64,000 nucleotides of DNA. It comes from an uncultured candidatus Porisulfidus sp. (GTDB lineage: Bacteria; Pseudomonadota; Gammaproteobacteria; Poriferisulfidales; Poriferisulfidaceae). Position 1 is the stretch's first letter. Each line of letters begins with the position of its first letter. The notes below the pieces were generated by a model. The model was given only the letters and a program-made list of their open reading frames with translations. It was not told the origin of the DNA and did no database searches. A program made the position numbers and the translations under genes. Shown one piece after another: positions 39,416 to 50,182 of this stretch. The stretch is taken from the NCBI GenBank assembly GCA_965116025.1, contig OZ220480.1, positions 1,408,001-1,472,000 of the forward strand. The letters run 5' to 3'.

Positions 39416-41341
39416 GTGCCTGACATAACGCTTCCCGACGGTTCCGTCCGTGGGTTCGAACGCCCGGTCACGGTGATGCGAATCGCCGAGGATATCGGGC
39501 CCGGACTGGCCAAAGCGACGCTGGCCGGGCGAGTCAATGGAAAACTGGTGGACGCCTGCGTCGAGGTGGCGGAGGATGCCGAGGTGTCCATCGTCACCAG
39601 CCGCGACGAGGAAGGAATCGAGATTCTGCGGCACTCGCTAGCGCACATGCTCGGACAGGCGGTCAAGCAGTTGTATCCGGACGCGCGCATGGCGGTCGGT
39701 CCAGTCATCAAGGATGGGTTCTATTACGACATCGCTCACGAGGAGCCTTTCACCGAGGCGGACCTCGAGAAGATCGAGGCCAGAGTGCGGGAGCTGGTCG
39801 CGCGGGACTACGACGTGCTACGGGAAGTGGTGTCGCGCGAGCGGGCCCGCGAGGTGTTCGAGGAGCGCGGGGAGACCTACAAGGCGCGGATCGTCGACGA
39901 GATCCCGGAAGGCGAGGAGATCGCGCTGTACCACCACCAGGAATACGTCGACATGTGCCGCGGCCCGCATGTACCGAACACGCGTCACCTGCGGGCTTTC
40001 AAGCTCACCAAGCTGGCAGGGGCTTACTGGCGGGGCGACTCCCGCAACGAGATGCTACAGCGAATCTACGGCACCGCCTGGGCGAATGAGAAACAGTTGC
40101 GCGCGTATCTGCGTCGGCTGGAAGAAGCGCGGAAGCGCGACCATCGCAAGCTCGCCCGCGCGATGGATCTGTGCCACTTCCAGGAGGAGGCGCCGGGCAT
40201 GGTGTTCTGGCATGCCAACGGCTGGATCCTGTACCGCCAGTTGGAGGCGTATATTCGAGAGCGTTTGGACCAAGCGGGCTATCAGGAGGTGCACACGCCG
40301 CAGATTCTCGACCGTTCCCTGTGGGAGCGGTCTGGACACTGGGACAAGTTCGGCGAGATGATTTTCACCACCGAATCCGAAAGCCGGGAATACGCGGTCA
40401 AGCCGATGAACTGTCCGGGGCATGTGCAGCTGTTCAACCAGGGTCTCAAGAGCTACCGGGATCTCCCGTTGCGAATGGCCGAGTTCGGCACCGTGCACCG
40501 CAATGAGCCGTCGGGCACCTTGCACGGGTTGATGCGGGCGCGCCGGTTCGTGCAGGACGACGCGCATATCTTCTGCGCTCCGGAGCAGATGCAAGACGAA
40601 ATCGCCGACTTGATCGACCTGACGCGGACGACGTATCGGGACTTCGGGTTCGAGGATGTCATCCTGGGGCTTTCGACCAGGCCCGACCGGAGAATCGGGG
40701 CGGACGACCTATGGGATCGGGCTGAGGAGGCGCTGGACGAGGCGCTGGCGGCCACCGGGCTGGAGTACGTCACGCATCCGGGCGAGGGCGCGTTCTATGG
40801 TCCGAAGATCGAGTTCACCTTGACCGACTGCATCGGGCGCGAGTGGCAGTGCGGCACGATCCAGCTGGACTTCTCGATGCCGGATCGATTGGGGGCGCGT
40901 TACGTGAACGAGAGCAGCGAGAAGGCGGTTCCGGTCATGATCCACCGCGCCATCTTCGGTTCATTGGAGCGATTCATCGGCATCCTGATCGAGCACTACG
41001 CCGGTGACCTGCCGCTGTGGCTGGCGCCGCGCCAAGCGATGGTCCTGAACATCACCGATGCCCAGGCCGAGTACGCTTCCGAGGTGACGGCGCGACTGCG
41101 GGGAGTCGGCGCGCGAGTCGGAAGCGACCTGAGAAACGAGAAGATATCCTTCAAGATACGGGAGCACACGCTCGCGCATGTCCCGTACCTGCTGGTGGTG
41201 GGCGACCGGGAGCGCGAGAGCGGGACGGTCGCGGTGCGCGCTCGTGGCGGAGCGGACCTGGGTCCGGTACCGTTGGAGGAGCTGGCCGAGCGGTTTGCTG
41301 GTACAATTCGCGCTCGCAGATCAAATCTGATGGAGGATTGA
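39416..41341 (+). CDS. thrS: Threonyl-tRNA synthetase
   Basis: [33 protein letters not shown]. Confidence 0.97.
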   Translation: MPDITLPDGSVRGFERPVTVMRIAEDIGPGLAKATLAGRVNGKLVDACVEVAEDAEVSIVTSRDEEGIEILRHSLAHMLGQAVKQLYPDARMAVGPVIKDGFYYDIAHEEPFTEADLEKIEARVRELVARDYDVLREVVSRERAREVFEERGETYKARIVDEIPEGEEIALYHHQEYVDMCRGPHVPNTRHLRAFKLTKLAGAYWRGDSRNEMLQRIYGTAWANEKQLRAYLRRLEEARKRDHRKLARAMDLCHFQEEAPGMVFWHANGWILYRQLEAYIRERLDQAGYQEVHTPQILDRSLWERSGHWDKFGEMIFTTESESREYAVKPMNCPGHVQLFNQGLKSYRDLPLRMAEFGTVHRNEPSGTLHGLMRARRFVQDDAHIFCAPEQMQDEIADLIDLTRTTYRDFGFEDVILGLSTRPDRRIGADDLWDRAEEALDEALAATGLEYVTHPGEGAFYGPKIEFTLTDCIGREWQCGTIQLDFSMPDRLGARYVNESSEKAVPVMIHRAIFGSLERFIGILIEHYAGDLPLWLAPRQAMVLNITDAQAEYASEVTARLRGVGARVGSDLRNEKISFKIREHTLAHVPYLLVVGDRERESGTVAVRARGGADLGPVPLEELAERFAGTIRARRSNLMED

Positions 41342-41343
41342 GT

Positions 41344-41862
41344 ATCAGCGCAGAGAAAGAGATTCGCCTCAATGAGGATATCAGCGTGCCGCGCGTGCGG
41401 CTGATCGATCAGGGCGGCGTCAACCGGGGCATACTGAGTCTAAGCGAGGCCCAGCGTCTCGCGACTGATGCCGAGATGGATCTGGTCGAGATTTCCCCCA
41501 ACACCAGGCCCCCAGTGTGCAAGGTCATGGACTACGGGAAGTTCCGCTTCGAGCGAAAGAAGAAGGCGCAACAAGCCCGGAAGAAGCAGAAGCAGATCCA
41601 GATCAAGGAGGTCAAGTTCCGACCCGGCACCGAGGAGGGCGACTATCAGGTCAAGCTTCGCAACTTGATTCGGTTCCTGAGCGACGGGGACAAGACCAAG
41701 GTGACGATTCGCTTTCGGGGAAGGGAGTTGCATCACCGAGAGCTGGGGGAGCGCAAGCTGAGTCGAATCGAGGAGGATCTCAAGGAGTACGGCGAGGTCG
41801 AGCAATTTCCGAAGATGGAAGGTCGCCAGATGATCATGGTGATCGCGCCGCGCCGCCGTTGA
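41344..41862 (+). CDS. infC: Translation initiation factor IF-3 (probable ATC start)
   Basis: [22 protein letters not shown]; GGAGG 7 nt before in-frame ATC. Confidence 0.93.
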   Translation: MSAEKEIRLNEDISVPRVRLIDQGGVNRGILSLSEAQRLATDAEMDLVEISPNTRPPVCKVMDYGKFRFERKKKAQQARKKQKQIQIKEVKFRPGTEEGDYQVKLRNLIRFLSDGDKTKVTIRFRGRELHHRELGERKLSRIEEDLKEYGEVEQFPKMEGRQMIMVIAPRRR

Positions 41863-41888
41863 CCCCGCGCTGAACGCACCGAAGAGCC

Positions 41889-42086
41889 ATGCCGAAACTT
41901 AAGACTAACCGGGGCGCGGCCAAGCGGTTCCGCAAGACCGCCAGCGGCAAGTTCAAGCGCCGCCAGTCGTACCGCAACCACATCCTCACCAAGAAGAGTT
42001 CCAAGCGCAAGCGCGGCTTGCGCTCGCCGGACCAGCTGGACTCCGCCGACGCCGCCTCGGCGCGGCGGTTGTTGCCCTACGCCTGA
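41889..42086 (+). CDS. rpmI: 50S ribosomal protein L35
   Basis: [20 protein letters not shown]. Confidence 0.97.
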   Translation: MPKLKTNRGAAKRFRKTASGKFKRRQSYRNHILTKKSSKRKRGLRSPDQLDSADAASARRLLPYA

Positions 42087-42092
42087 CCGATC

Positions 42093-42458
42093 ATGCCCCG
42101 AGTGAAACGAGGCGTCACGACGCACGCTCGCCACCGCGAGACGCGGCGAAACGCGCGCGGCTATTACGGCGCGCGTTCGCGAACCTTTCGCTCCGCCAAT
42201 CAGGCGGTGATCCGCGCCGGACAGTACGCTTACCGGGACCGCCGGACGCGCAAGCGGGATTTCCGCCGGTTGTGGATCGTCCGCATCAACGCGGCCGCCC
42301 GGCTGTGCGGTCTGTCGTACAGCCGCTTAATGCATGGTCTGGCTCAGGCGCGAATCGAGATCGACCGCAAGATGCTGGCGGACATCGCGGTGAACGAGTT
42401 CGACACGTTCTCGCGGCTGGCGGATCAGGCCAAGGCCCGGTTGTCCGCGGATTCCTGA
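42093..42458 (+). CDS. rplT: 50S ribosomal protein L20
   Basis: [26 protein letters not shown]. Confidence 0.97.
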   Translation: MPRVKRGVTTHARHRETRRNARGYYGARSRTFRSANQAVIRAGQYAYRDRRTRKRDFRRLWIVRINAAARLCGLSYSRLMHGLAQARIEIDRKMLADIAVNEFDTFSRLADQAKARLSADS

Positions 42459-42481
42459 GCGCGGGCGGGCCGGCTCGCGCC

Positions 42482-43477
42482 ATGCCGCAACTCGATTCTC
42501 TGCGTCAGGACGCCGACGTCGCGATCCGCGCGGCACCCGACACTTCCGAACTGGAGCGCCTGAGGGTTTTCTATCTGGGCCGTAAGGGGCGAGTCACTCT
42601 GGCCTTGCGCGGGCTTGGCGATCTCCCTGCCGAGCGTCGCCCGGCGGCCGGCGCCGAGATCCAGGCGGTCCGCGCTCACATCGAGCGCGCGCTCGCCGCT
42701 CAGGGCGAGGTCTTGGCGGAGGCCGAGACGCGAGCCCGGATCGCGTCCGAGACGCTTGACGTCACCTTGGCCGGCCGCGCGTTGCCGCCCGGCGCTCGCC
42801 ATCCCACTCTGCTGACTCTGCGGCGAATCCGCGATTGGTTCTCGCGCTTCGGCTACGAGGTCGAGCGCGGTCCGGAGATTGAGGACGACCACCATAATTT
42901 CGAGGTCCTCAATATGCCTCCCGCGCACCCGGCCCGCGCCATGCACGACACCTTCTATCTTGGGGATGGCCGCCTGTTGCGCACGCACACCTCGCCGGTG
43001 CAGGCGCGCGCCATGAGCCGGCGTGGTCCGCCGATCCGGATGATCGCGCCCGGACGCGTGTACCGCCGCGACTCGGATCCGACCCACAGTCCCATGTTCC
43101 ACCAGATCGAGGGGTTGCGCGTCGAGGAGAACGTCAGCATGGCTGATCTGAAAGGGACGCTGACGGCGTTCCTTCAATACTTCTTCGAGGACGGCGAGAT
43201 CGAGACGCGCTTCCGCGCCTCGTACTTTCCGTTCACCGAGCCGTCGGCGGAGGTGGACGTCCGCCGCGCCGGCGGCGACTGGCTGGAAGTGCTCGGTTGC
43301 GGGATGGTGCATCCGGCGGTGCTGGAGAAGGGCGGAATCGACCCAGAGTTGCACGCCGGTTTCGCGTTCGGCATGGGCGTGGAGCGCTTGGCGATGCTGT
43401 ACTACGGGATTGACGACCTGCGAGTGCTGTTCGCCAACGATTTGCGTCTCTTGAGCCAGTTCGAGGGAGTGGCCTGA
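42482..43477 (+). CDS. pheS: Phenylalanyl-tRNA synthetase alpha subunit
   Basis: [34 protein letters not shown]. Confidence 0.96.
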   Translation: MPQLDSLRQDADVAIRAAPDTSELERLRVFYLGRKGRVTLALRGLGDLPAERRPAAGAEIQAVRAHIERALAAQGEVLAEAETRARIASETLDVTLAGRALPPGARHPTLLTLRRIRDWFSRFGYEVERGPEIEDDHHNFEVLNMPPAHPARAMHDTFYLGDGRLLRTHTSPVQARAMSRRGPPIRMIAPGRVYRRDSDPTHSPMFHQIEGLRVEENVSMADLKGTLTAFLQYFFEDGEIETRFRASYFPFTEPSAEVDVRRAGGDWLEVLGCGMVHPAVLEKGGIDPELHAGFAFGMGVERLAMLYYGIDDLRVLFANDLRLLSQFEGVA

Positions 43478-45498
43478 TGCGGTGCGATCTGTCTTGGCTG
43501 TCGCGCTGGGTGGAGAGGTTGCCGAGCGACGACGATCTGGCGCGGCGAATGACCTTGGCTGGATTGGAGGCGGACGAGCCGCGAGATTCGATTTTGGAAC
43601 TGGAGTTGACGCCGAATCGCGGAGACTGCCTGAGCGTGCGTGGCTTGGCCCGCGAGGTGTCGACGCTAACCGGCGCGGCCTTGCGGGAGCCACTCGACCC
43701 GGAAGATATCCCGGTCGAGTCGAAGAGCGCGCCGCGTCTCGGCGAGGTTGACGCCGATGCCTGTCCCTATTATGGGCTTCGCCTGATCGAGGATATCGAG
43801 CCGCGAGCGGAAACCCCGGAATGGATGCGAGATCGACTGGAGCGCTCCGGCGTTCGGGCGCGCCAACTGCTGGTGGACATCACCAACTACGTTATGCTGG
43901 AACTGGGTCAGCCGCTGCATGCTTTCGACGCGGACGCGGTGGCCGGAGAGGTCTCGGTGCGCTGGGCGCGAGAGCGGGAAATGATCCAGACGCTGGACGA
44001 CGAGAATCGGACGCTGGACCCGGACATGCTGGTGATCGCGACGGGCGAGCAGCCGCTTGCCGTGGCCGGGATCCTCGGTGGAGGATCCTCCGCGGTGCGC
44101 GAGGGAACCACTAGGGTTTTGCTGGAATCCGCGCATTTCGCGCCAGCGGCGATCTCTGGCCGCGCTCGGAGAATGAAGCTGCATACGGAATCCTCGCGTC
44201 GTTTCGAGCGCGGCGTGGATCCACGCCTTCCAGAGCGCGCCATGCGGCGGGCCACCGAGCTCATTCTCAAGCACGCCGGTGGGCGGGCATCCAAGGTGGA
44301 GAGCGCGGGACGACTGGCTCCAGAGTTTCGGCCCGAGCGAATTCGCCTGCGCGCGGCGCGACTGGAGAGGTGTCTGGCGCTCGCGGTGGAGCCGGAAGAG
44401 GTGGTCCGGATCCTGCGCGCGCTTGGTTGCCAAGTACGGGAGGGATCTAGGCAGTGGGACGTGAGAGCGCCGAGCTGGCGCTTCGACTTGGCGATTGAGG
44501 AGGACCTGATCGAGGAGGTCGCGCGGGTGGTCGGGTACGACCGGATCGAGCTGGCTTCGCCACCGCCGCCCGGGAGCTGGGAAGTTTCTTCCCGGCCGCG
44601 GACGGCGCGGGTTGAGCGTTGCGAGTCGCGGTTGGCGGCGTGCGGCTATTCGGAGGCCGTGACCTACAGTTTCACCGAGGAGAGTCTGGAGCGGGTCTTC
44701 GCTCCTGGGTCCCGCCCGTGGCGCCTGCGCAACCCCATCTCCGAGGGACAGGCGGTCCTGCGCTCGACGTTGGTGCCGAGCCTGTTGCGGGCGGCCCAGC
44801 GCAATTTGAACCGGCAGCGCGCCAGCGTTCGGCTGTTCGAGACGGCCCGCGTGTTTTCCCGGGACGGCGAGGAGACGCGCGAGTCTTGGACACTGGGCGG
44901 CGTGGCCTGCGGTCTGGCGCATCCGCCGCAGTGGGGAGCGCTGCCGCGCGAGGTGGACTTTTACGATGTCAAGGGTGACTTGCAGAACCTGTTTCAAGGC
45001 CAGCCCGATTCGCTGGAGTTCGAGCCGGGAGAGCACCCGGCGCTGCACCCGGGGCAGACCGCCCGCGCGCGACTGGGCGGGACGGAGATCGGGATCCTAG
45101 GCGCGCTGCACCCACGGCTGCATGCCAAGTTCGATCTGGGGAGCCCGGCGTTCGTGTTCGAGTTGGATCTAGACGCTTGGGACGACCCTCCGCCGCCGCG
45201 TTTCGCGCCTTGGCCAGAATATCCGTTCGTGTCGCGCGACTTGAACGTGATCGTGGACGAGAGCGCACCCGCGGCGGCGGTGGTGGATCGCGTTCGCGCG
45301 GTCGGAATCGAGTCGCTGCGAGAGGTGACCGTGTTCGACGTGTATCGGGGAAAGGGGCTGGAGCCGGGGCGCAAAAGTCTCGCGTTGCGTTTGATATTTC
45401 AAAGCTTTTCGGGTACATTAAAAGATCAGGACATTGACGGGAGCCTTGATCTGGTGATCGCGAATCTGAAAGAATTTCTGGGGGCGGAGACTCGGTGA
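43477..45498 (+). CDS. pheT: Phenylalanyl-tRNA synthetase beta subunit (short form)
   Basis: TPNRGDCLS, VDITNYV, RFERGVD, EEDLIEEVAR, FDVYRG..KSLA. Confidence 0.95.
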   Translation: MRCDLSWLSRWVERLPSDDDLARRMTLAGLEADEPRDSILELELTPNRGDCLSVRGLAREVSTLTGAALREPLDPEDIPVESKSAPRLGEVDADACPYYGLRLIEDIEPRAETPEWMRDRLERSGVRARQLLVDITNYVMLELGQPLHAFDADAVAGEVSVRWAREREMIQTLDDENRTLDPDMLVIATGEQPLAVAGILGGGSSAVREGTTRVLLESAHFAPAAISGRARRMKLHTESSRRFERGVDPRLPERAMRRATELILKHAGGRASKVESAGRLAPEFRPERIRLRAARLERCLALAVEPEEVVRILRALGCQVREGSRQWDVRAPSWRFDLAIEEDLIEEVARVVGYDRIELASPPPPGSWEVSSRPRTARVERCESRLAACGYSEAVTYSFTEESLERVFAPGSRPWRLRNPISEGQAVLRSTLVPSLLRAAQRNLNRQRASVRLFETARVFSRDGEETRESWTLGGVACGLAHPPQWGALPREVDFYDVKGDLQNLFQGQPDSLEFEPGEHPALHPGQTARARLGGTEIGILGALHPRLHAKFDLGSPAFVFELDLDAWDDPPPPRFAPWPEYPFVSRDLNVIVDESAPAAAVVDRVRAVGIESLREVTVFDVYRGKGLEPGRKSLALRLIFQSFSGTLKDQDIDGSLDLVIANLKEFLGAETR

Positions 45499-45791
45499 TG
45501 GCCAAAACTCTGACGAGGATCGATTTGGCGACCCGCCTGGTCTATCAGGTTGGCCTCAACCGGAGAGAGGCCCGTGCGCTGGTGAACGTTCTTCTGGACG
45601 AGATGTCGGAGGCGTTGGTTGCCGGGGAGGATCTCCACGTGTGGAGCTTCGGCAACTTCATCCTGCGCGACAAGGCGGCCCGCCCCGGACGCAATCCGCG
45701 CAGCGGTCGGGAGGCGATCATCTCCCCTCGGCGCGTGGTGACGTTCCGACCCGGGCAGAAACTGCGCAAGCAAGTGGAAGGTTATGAGTGA
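45495..45791 (+). CDS. ihfA: Integration host factor alpha subunit
   Basis: FGNFILRDK..RPGRNP..RRVVTFRPGQKL; follows pheT. Confidence 0.92.
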   Translation: MMAKTLTRIDLATRLVYQVGLNRREARALVNVLLDEMSEALVAGEDLHVWSFGNFILRDKAARPGRNPRSGREAIISPRRVVTFRPGQKLRKQVEGYE

Positions 45792-46134
45792 GAGCGGCCA
45801 GGACGCCCCATTGATCCTGCCGAACAAGCGATACTTTAGAATCCAAGAAGTCAGTGAGCTGTGCCAGGTCAAGGACCACACCCTGCGCTATTGGGAGAAG
45901 AATATCCCAGAGTTGAAGCCTCGCCGCCGCCGCGGAAACCATCGTCGCTACCAGCGCGAGGATATCCATCTGATACGGAAGATCAAGGCACTGACGGAGG
46001 AAGGATATACGTTGGAAGGAGTGAGGGAGAAGCTTCAGGATCGCTCGCCGACTCCATGGGATACCGAGCGAGCTCAGGCGATCCAGCAGGCGATCACGGA
46101 GCTCGAGCGGATCGCCGGACTGCTCAGGGAGTAA
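45784..46134 (+). CDS. MerR family regulator
   Basis: PNKRYFRIQEV..HTLRYWE..RRYQ; conserved ihfA-merR-tRNA-Pro order. Confidence 0.9.
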   Translation: MSESGQDAPLILPNKRYFRIQEVSELCQVKDHTLRYWEKNIPELKPRRRRGNHRRYQREDIHLIRKIKALTEEGYTLEGVREKLQDRSPTPWDTERAQAIQQAITELERIAGLLRE

Positions 46135-46191
46135 GATATGGACGGTGGAGAGCGCGCGCGGGGAAGAACCCCCCGGGCGGTCCGGCATGGG

Positions 46192-46268
<77 letters not shown>

Positions 46269-46301
46269 GTTCCGCCGCGACGGCCCGACGCGTTCCTGAT
46301 C

Positions 46302-47093
46302 ATGTCTTGGGACCTGGAGCTCATTCTGCTGGTGGCCACCGTCGCTACCGGCCTCGTCCACTACGCGTATCTCCTTTGGCACCGAAGGCGCCGCCAGGCG
46401 CCGCCGGCGCGCCGACCTTGGATCGTAGAGTGGTCGCGCGCGCTGTTTCCGGTATTGGCGCTGGTGCTGACGTTGCGCGCCTTCGTGGTGGAGCCGTTCC
46501 GGATTCCGTCCGGCTCCATGATGCCGACGTTGCTGATCGGAGACTTGATTCTGGTCAACAAGTACAGTTATGGCGTTCGGCTTCCAGTGTGGCACACCAG
46601 AATTCTGGAGTTCGGCCAGCCCGAGCGGGGCGACGTGGCGGTGTTTCGGTTTCCAGGGAACCCCTCCCTGGATTACATCAAGCGAGTGGTCGCCTTGCCG
46701 GAGGACGAGGTGGTCTATGCCGGAAAGCGGCTGTGGGTGAACGGGGAGGCCTATCCCCAGGAGAATCCGCGCCCATTCCTTGAGGAGCTCACTGGCCTGC
46801 CACGTCCGCATCACACTCGATACACCGAGCGAATCCAAGGCCGCGCGCACGACATTCTCCGCGATTCCCTGCACGAGGACGTCCCGCGCTCCTTCACGGT
46901 GCCGCCGGGCCACTACTTGGTGATGGGCGACAACCGCGACCACAGCAGCGACAGTCGGGTCTGGGGCTTCGTTCCAGAGAACCATCTCGTGGGGCGGGCG
47001 TTCCTGGTCTGGATGAATCTGGATTTCCTTTTGGAGTCGCTGACTCGCCCGGATCCCTCTCTGCTCCTCTCCCGTCTCGGACGGATTCGGTAA
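46302..47093 (+). CDS. lepB: Signal peptidase I
   Basis: IPSGSMMPTL, DYIKRV, MGDNRDHSSDSR. Confidence 0.95.
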   Translation: MSWDLELILLVATVATGLVHYAYLLWHRRRRQAPPARRPWIVEWSRALFPVLALVLTLRAFVVEPFRIPSGSMMPTLLIGDLILVNKYSYGVRLPVWHTRILEFGQPERGDVAVFRFPGNPSLDYIKRVVALPEDEVVYAGKRLWVNGEAYPQENPRPFLEELTGLPRPHHTRYTERIQGRAHDILRDSLHEDVPRSFTVPPGHYLVMGDNRDHSSDSRVWGFVPENHLVGRAFLVWMNLDFLLESLTRPDPSLLLSRLGRIR

Positions 47094-47101
47094 CCGACGG
47101 A

Positions 47102-47767
47102 ATGGCGCGGATTGAGGACTGGTTGCCGGAGGGGACGCGCGACAGTCCCGAGTATCGGATAGCCCGGACGCACCGCAGCGCTGGCGCGCCGCACAACGAG
47201 CGGCTGGAGTTCTTGGGAGACGCACTGCTCGGCCTGGTGGTCTCGGAAATCTTGTACCGGCGCTTCCCAGACCTTTCGGAAGGGGATCTCACCCGCCTGC
47301 GCGCGCACCTCGTCTGCCGTTCCATGCTGGCCCAGGTGGCGGAGGATGCTCAACTGGATCAGGCGCTGATCGCGGGGGATCTGTCATCGTCGCGCGCCCG
47401 GCGCGCGGCGGCAGGGAACGCGCTGGAGGCAGTGGTCGCGTCAGTCTACGTGACGCGTGGCCTGGAGGAGGCGCGCGTCTTCATTGAGCGGCTGTACGGC
47501 CGGCTCCTGGAGGATCTTCCGTCGCCGGATTCTCTGCGTGGCGCCAAAAATTCCCTGCAGGAGCACCTGCAGGCGCGGGGGCGGACGGCGCATGCCCGGT
47601 ACACGCTGCTACGGGAGCGTCCGCGGGGCGAGTCTCCGCGCTTCGAGGTGCTGTGCGAGGTGGAAGATCCCGCGGTGCGGGCCCGGGGGATGGGCGAGCG
47701 CGTTCGTGAGGCGGAGCAGGACGCGGCGGCGGCCGCGCTCGCCCAGGTCCGGCGGCGGCTTCCTTGA
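47102..47767 (+). CDS. rnc: Ribonuclease III
   Basis: NERLEFLGDALL, C-terminal dsRBD. Confidence 0.93.
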   Translation: MARIEDWLPEGTRDSPEYRIARTHRSAGAPHNERLEFLGDALLGLVVSEILYRRFPDLSEGDLTRLRAHLVCRSMLAQVAEDAQLDQALIAGDLSSSRARRAAAGNALEAVVASVYVTRGLEEARVFIERLYGRLLEDLPSPDSLRGAKNSLQEHLQARGRTAHARYTLLRERPRGESPRFEVLCEVEDPAVRARGMGERVREAEQDAAAAALAQVRRRLP

Positions 47768-48657
47768 TGGACGCGTCTTCCCGTTGCGGTTTCGTGGCGC
47801 TGTGCGGCAAGCCTAACGTAGGCAAGTCCACGCTGTTCAACCGTCTGCTGCGGCGGACGCTGGCCGCCGCTACCGGGAAGCCGCAGACCACCCGGCACAA
47901 CATCCGGGGCGTGCTGACTGAGGGGCGCGACCAGCTCGTGCTCGTGGACACGCCCGGCATCAACTCCGGGCGGACCCGGGCGTTGTCGCGCCTGCTCAAC
48001 GCCAACGCCCGCGACGCGATGAGCCAGGTGGACGTGGCCGCGCTGGTGGTGGAGGCCGGGGTCTGGAACGCTCGCGACGAGAAGGTACTCGACTCGCTGC
48101 GCGAGGCGAAGATCCCGATCTTGCTGTGCGCCAACAAGGTTGATCGTCTGTCCGACCCGGCACTGATCCTGCCGTATTTCGCGAAATTGGCCGAGCTTGA
48201 CTTCCGAGAATACTTTCCCGTCAGCGCGCGGACCGGGGAGGGCCGTGAGGACCTCATCAAGGTTTTGGCGCGGCATGTCCCGGAGCGACCGCATCTGTTC
48301 GAGGCGGATGTCATGAGCGACCGCCATGAGCGATTTTTCGCGGAGGAGCTGATTCGCGAGCAGTTGCTGGTCCAGCTGGACAAGGAGTTGCCATACGCCG
48401 CGCATGTCCACGTGACCGCCTTTCGTCTTCAGGGAGAGCGCGCGCACGTCTCCGCCCGGATCCTGGTGGAGCGCGAATCGCAACGCAAGATCCTGCTGGG
48501 GCGCGCTGGCGAGCGCATTGGCTCCATCGGGCGCGCCGCTCGGCTGCGCATGGGCGAGCTGCTGGATCGACCGGTAGTCTTGAAACTGCGCGTCGTGGTG
48601 CGGCGGGACTGGCAACGTGACGAGAGGATTCTCGCTAGCTACCGCGGGGACGCGTGA
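47764..48657 (+). CDS. era: GTPase Era
   Basis: GKPNVGKST, QTTR, DTPG, NKVD, ELPY. Confidence 0.95.
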   Translation: MMDASSRCGFVALCGKPNVGKSTLFNRLLRRTLAAATGKPQTTRHNIRGVLTEGRDQLVLVDTPGINSGRTRALSRLLNANARDAMSQVDVAALVVEAGVWNARDEKVLDSLREAKIPILLCANKVDRLSDPALILPYFAKLAELDFREYFPVSARTGEGREDLIKVLARHVPERPHLFEADVMSDRHERFFAEELIREQLLVQLDKELPYAAHVHVTAFRLQGERAHVSARILVERESQRKILLGRAGERIGSIGRAARLRMGELLDRPVVLKLRVVVRRDWQRDERILASYRGDA

Positions 48658-49358
48658 TGCGACAGGACGATCTGGCCCCGGCCTACGTGCTTCAGGCGCG
48701 TCCTTGGCGCGAGACCAGCTTGCTGTACAAGATGGTCGCGCATCCGCGCGGGCGGGTCAGCCTGATCCACCGCGGGGCACGGCGCGGGGGCCGCGACCGG
48801 CCATTGCCGACGCTGACCCCGGTGCGCGTATCCTGGAGCGGGCGCGGTGGCTTGCATACCCTCCGTCAGGCCGAGGTGGGAGGTTCGGTGGCGATCCGGG
48901 ATCCCGCACGGCAGGTTTGCGCCTTGTACGTCAACGAGATCGTCAGCTATCTGCTTCCGGATGATCGCGTCTCGGACGAGATATATCCGCTGTATGAAGA
49001 CGCTCTGGCCCGATTGGCGGCCGCTTCAGACCTTGAGGGCGCGTTGCGTGGCATCGAGCTGGACCTGCTGCAGCTGGCTGGGCATCCGTTGCAGTTGGAT
49101 CATACTGAGCGGGAGAAGGTTGAGCCGGAGCGGCGCTATCGCTACCGACCAGGCCTCGGGCCGGAGACCCTGTCGGAGTTGGAGAGCGACTCGCTCGAGG
49201 GAGTCAGTGGGCGCACTCTGCTGGGCTTGCAGGCGCGCGCGGAGCTGGACGCGCGCGCGCGACGAGAGGCGCGGCGCCTGATGCGCCAGGTTCTGGACTA
49301 CTACGTCGCGCCGCGCGTGATCCGCTCGCGCGGCATCATGCGGGCGCTGGCGGGCTGA
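48654..49358 (+). CDS. recO: DNA repair protein RecO
   Basis: AYVLQARPWRETSL, LYVNE; rnc-era-recO-pdxJ order. Confidence 0.88.
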   Translation: MMRQDDLAPAYVLQARPWRETSLLYKMVAHPRGRVSLIHRGARRGGRDRPLPTLTPVRVSWSGRGGLHTLRQAEVGGSVAIRDPARQVCALYVNEIVSYLLPDDRVSDEIYPLYEDALARLAAASDLEGALRGIELDLLQLAGHPLQLDHTEREKVEPERRYRYRPGLGPETLSELESDSLEGVSGRTLLGLQARAELDARARREARRLMRQVLDYYVAPRVIRSRGIMRALAG

Positions 49359-49459
49359 TGGCGCCATCCTCCCGCGAGCTCCCGGATTCCGGCGTGGTCT
49401 CGCTTCCGAAGGCGGATTACGTGGTAGAGTGTCCATAGCGAGCACAACCGTGAAATCTA

Positions 49460-50182
49460 GTGGCGAACGTACGACTGGGAGTCAATATCGATCATGTGGC
49501 GACTCTGCGTCAGCAGCGTCACACAGCCTACCCGGATCTTGGCGAGGCGATCCGTCTGGTGGAGGCGGCGGGCGCGGACGGCATCACCATGCATTTGCGC
49601 GAGGATCGGCGTCACATCCAACTGGAGGACGTGGAACGGGCTCGTGAACAGGTGCGCGGCACTCTGAATCTGGAGATGGCCGTGACCGGGGAGATGCTAA
49701 AGATCGCGGAACGAATCCGTCCAGATTACTGCTGCTTGGTGCCCGAGCGACGCGAGGAGCTCACCACTGAGGGAGGGTTGGACGTGGTGGGGGGGGCTGA
49801 TCGGATTCGGGAGGCTTGCGCTCGATTGAAGGCGGCGGGGATCCAGGCGTCGCTGTTCGTCGAGCCGACGTCCGAGGCGCTTAGCGCGGCGCTTGATCTG
49901 GGCGCGCCTATCGTGGAGTTGCACACCGGTCCGTACGCCAACACGGAGAATCCACAGGCGCGCGCGCGGGAGCTTGATCGCCTCGTCTCCGCCGCTCGGT
50001 CCGCGCGCGGGCGGCTGACGGTCAACGCCGGACATGGCCTGCATCGCGAGAACGTGGGTCCGGTCGCCGCGATCCCGGAGATGAACGAGCTCAACATCGG
50101 CCATGCCATCGTGTGCCGGGCGGTCATGGTGGGACTGGAGGCCGCCGTGCGCGAGACGCGAGCGGCCATGGAGGCGGCGTGA
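49460..50182 (+). CDS. pdxJ: Pyridoxine 5'-phosphate synthase
   Basis: LGVNIDHVATLR, HLREDRRHI, NAGHGL, NIGH. Confidence 0.96.
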   Translation: MANVRLGVNIDHVATLRQQRHTAYPDLGEAIRLVEAAGADGITMHLREDRRHIQLEDVERAREQVRGTLNLEMAVTGEMLKIAERIRPDYCCLVPERREELTTEGGLDVVGGADRIREACARLKAAGIQASLFVEPTSEALSAALDLGAPIVELHTGPYANTENPQARARELDRLVSAARSARGRLTVNAGHGLHRENVGPVAAIPEMNELNIGHAIVCRAVMVGLEAAVRETRAAMEAA

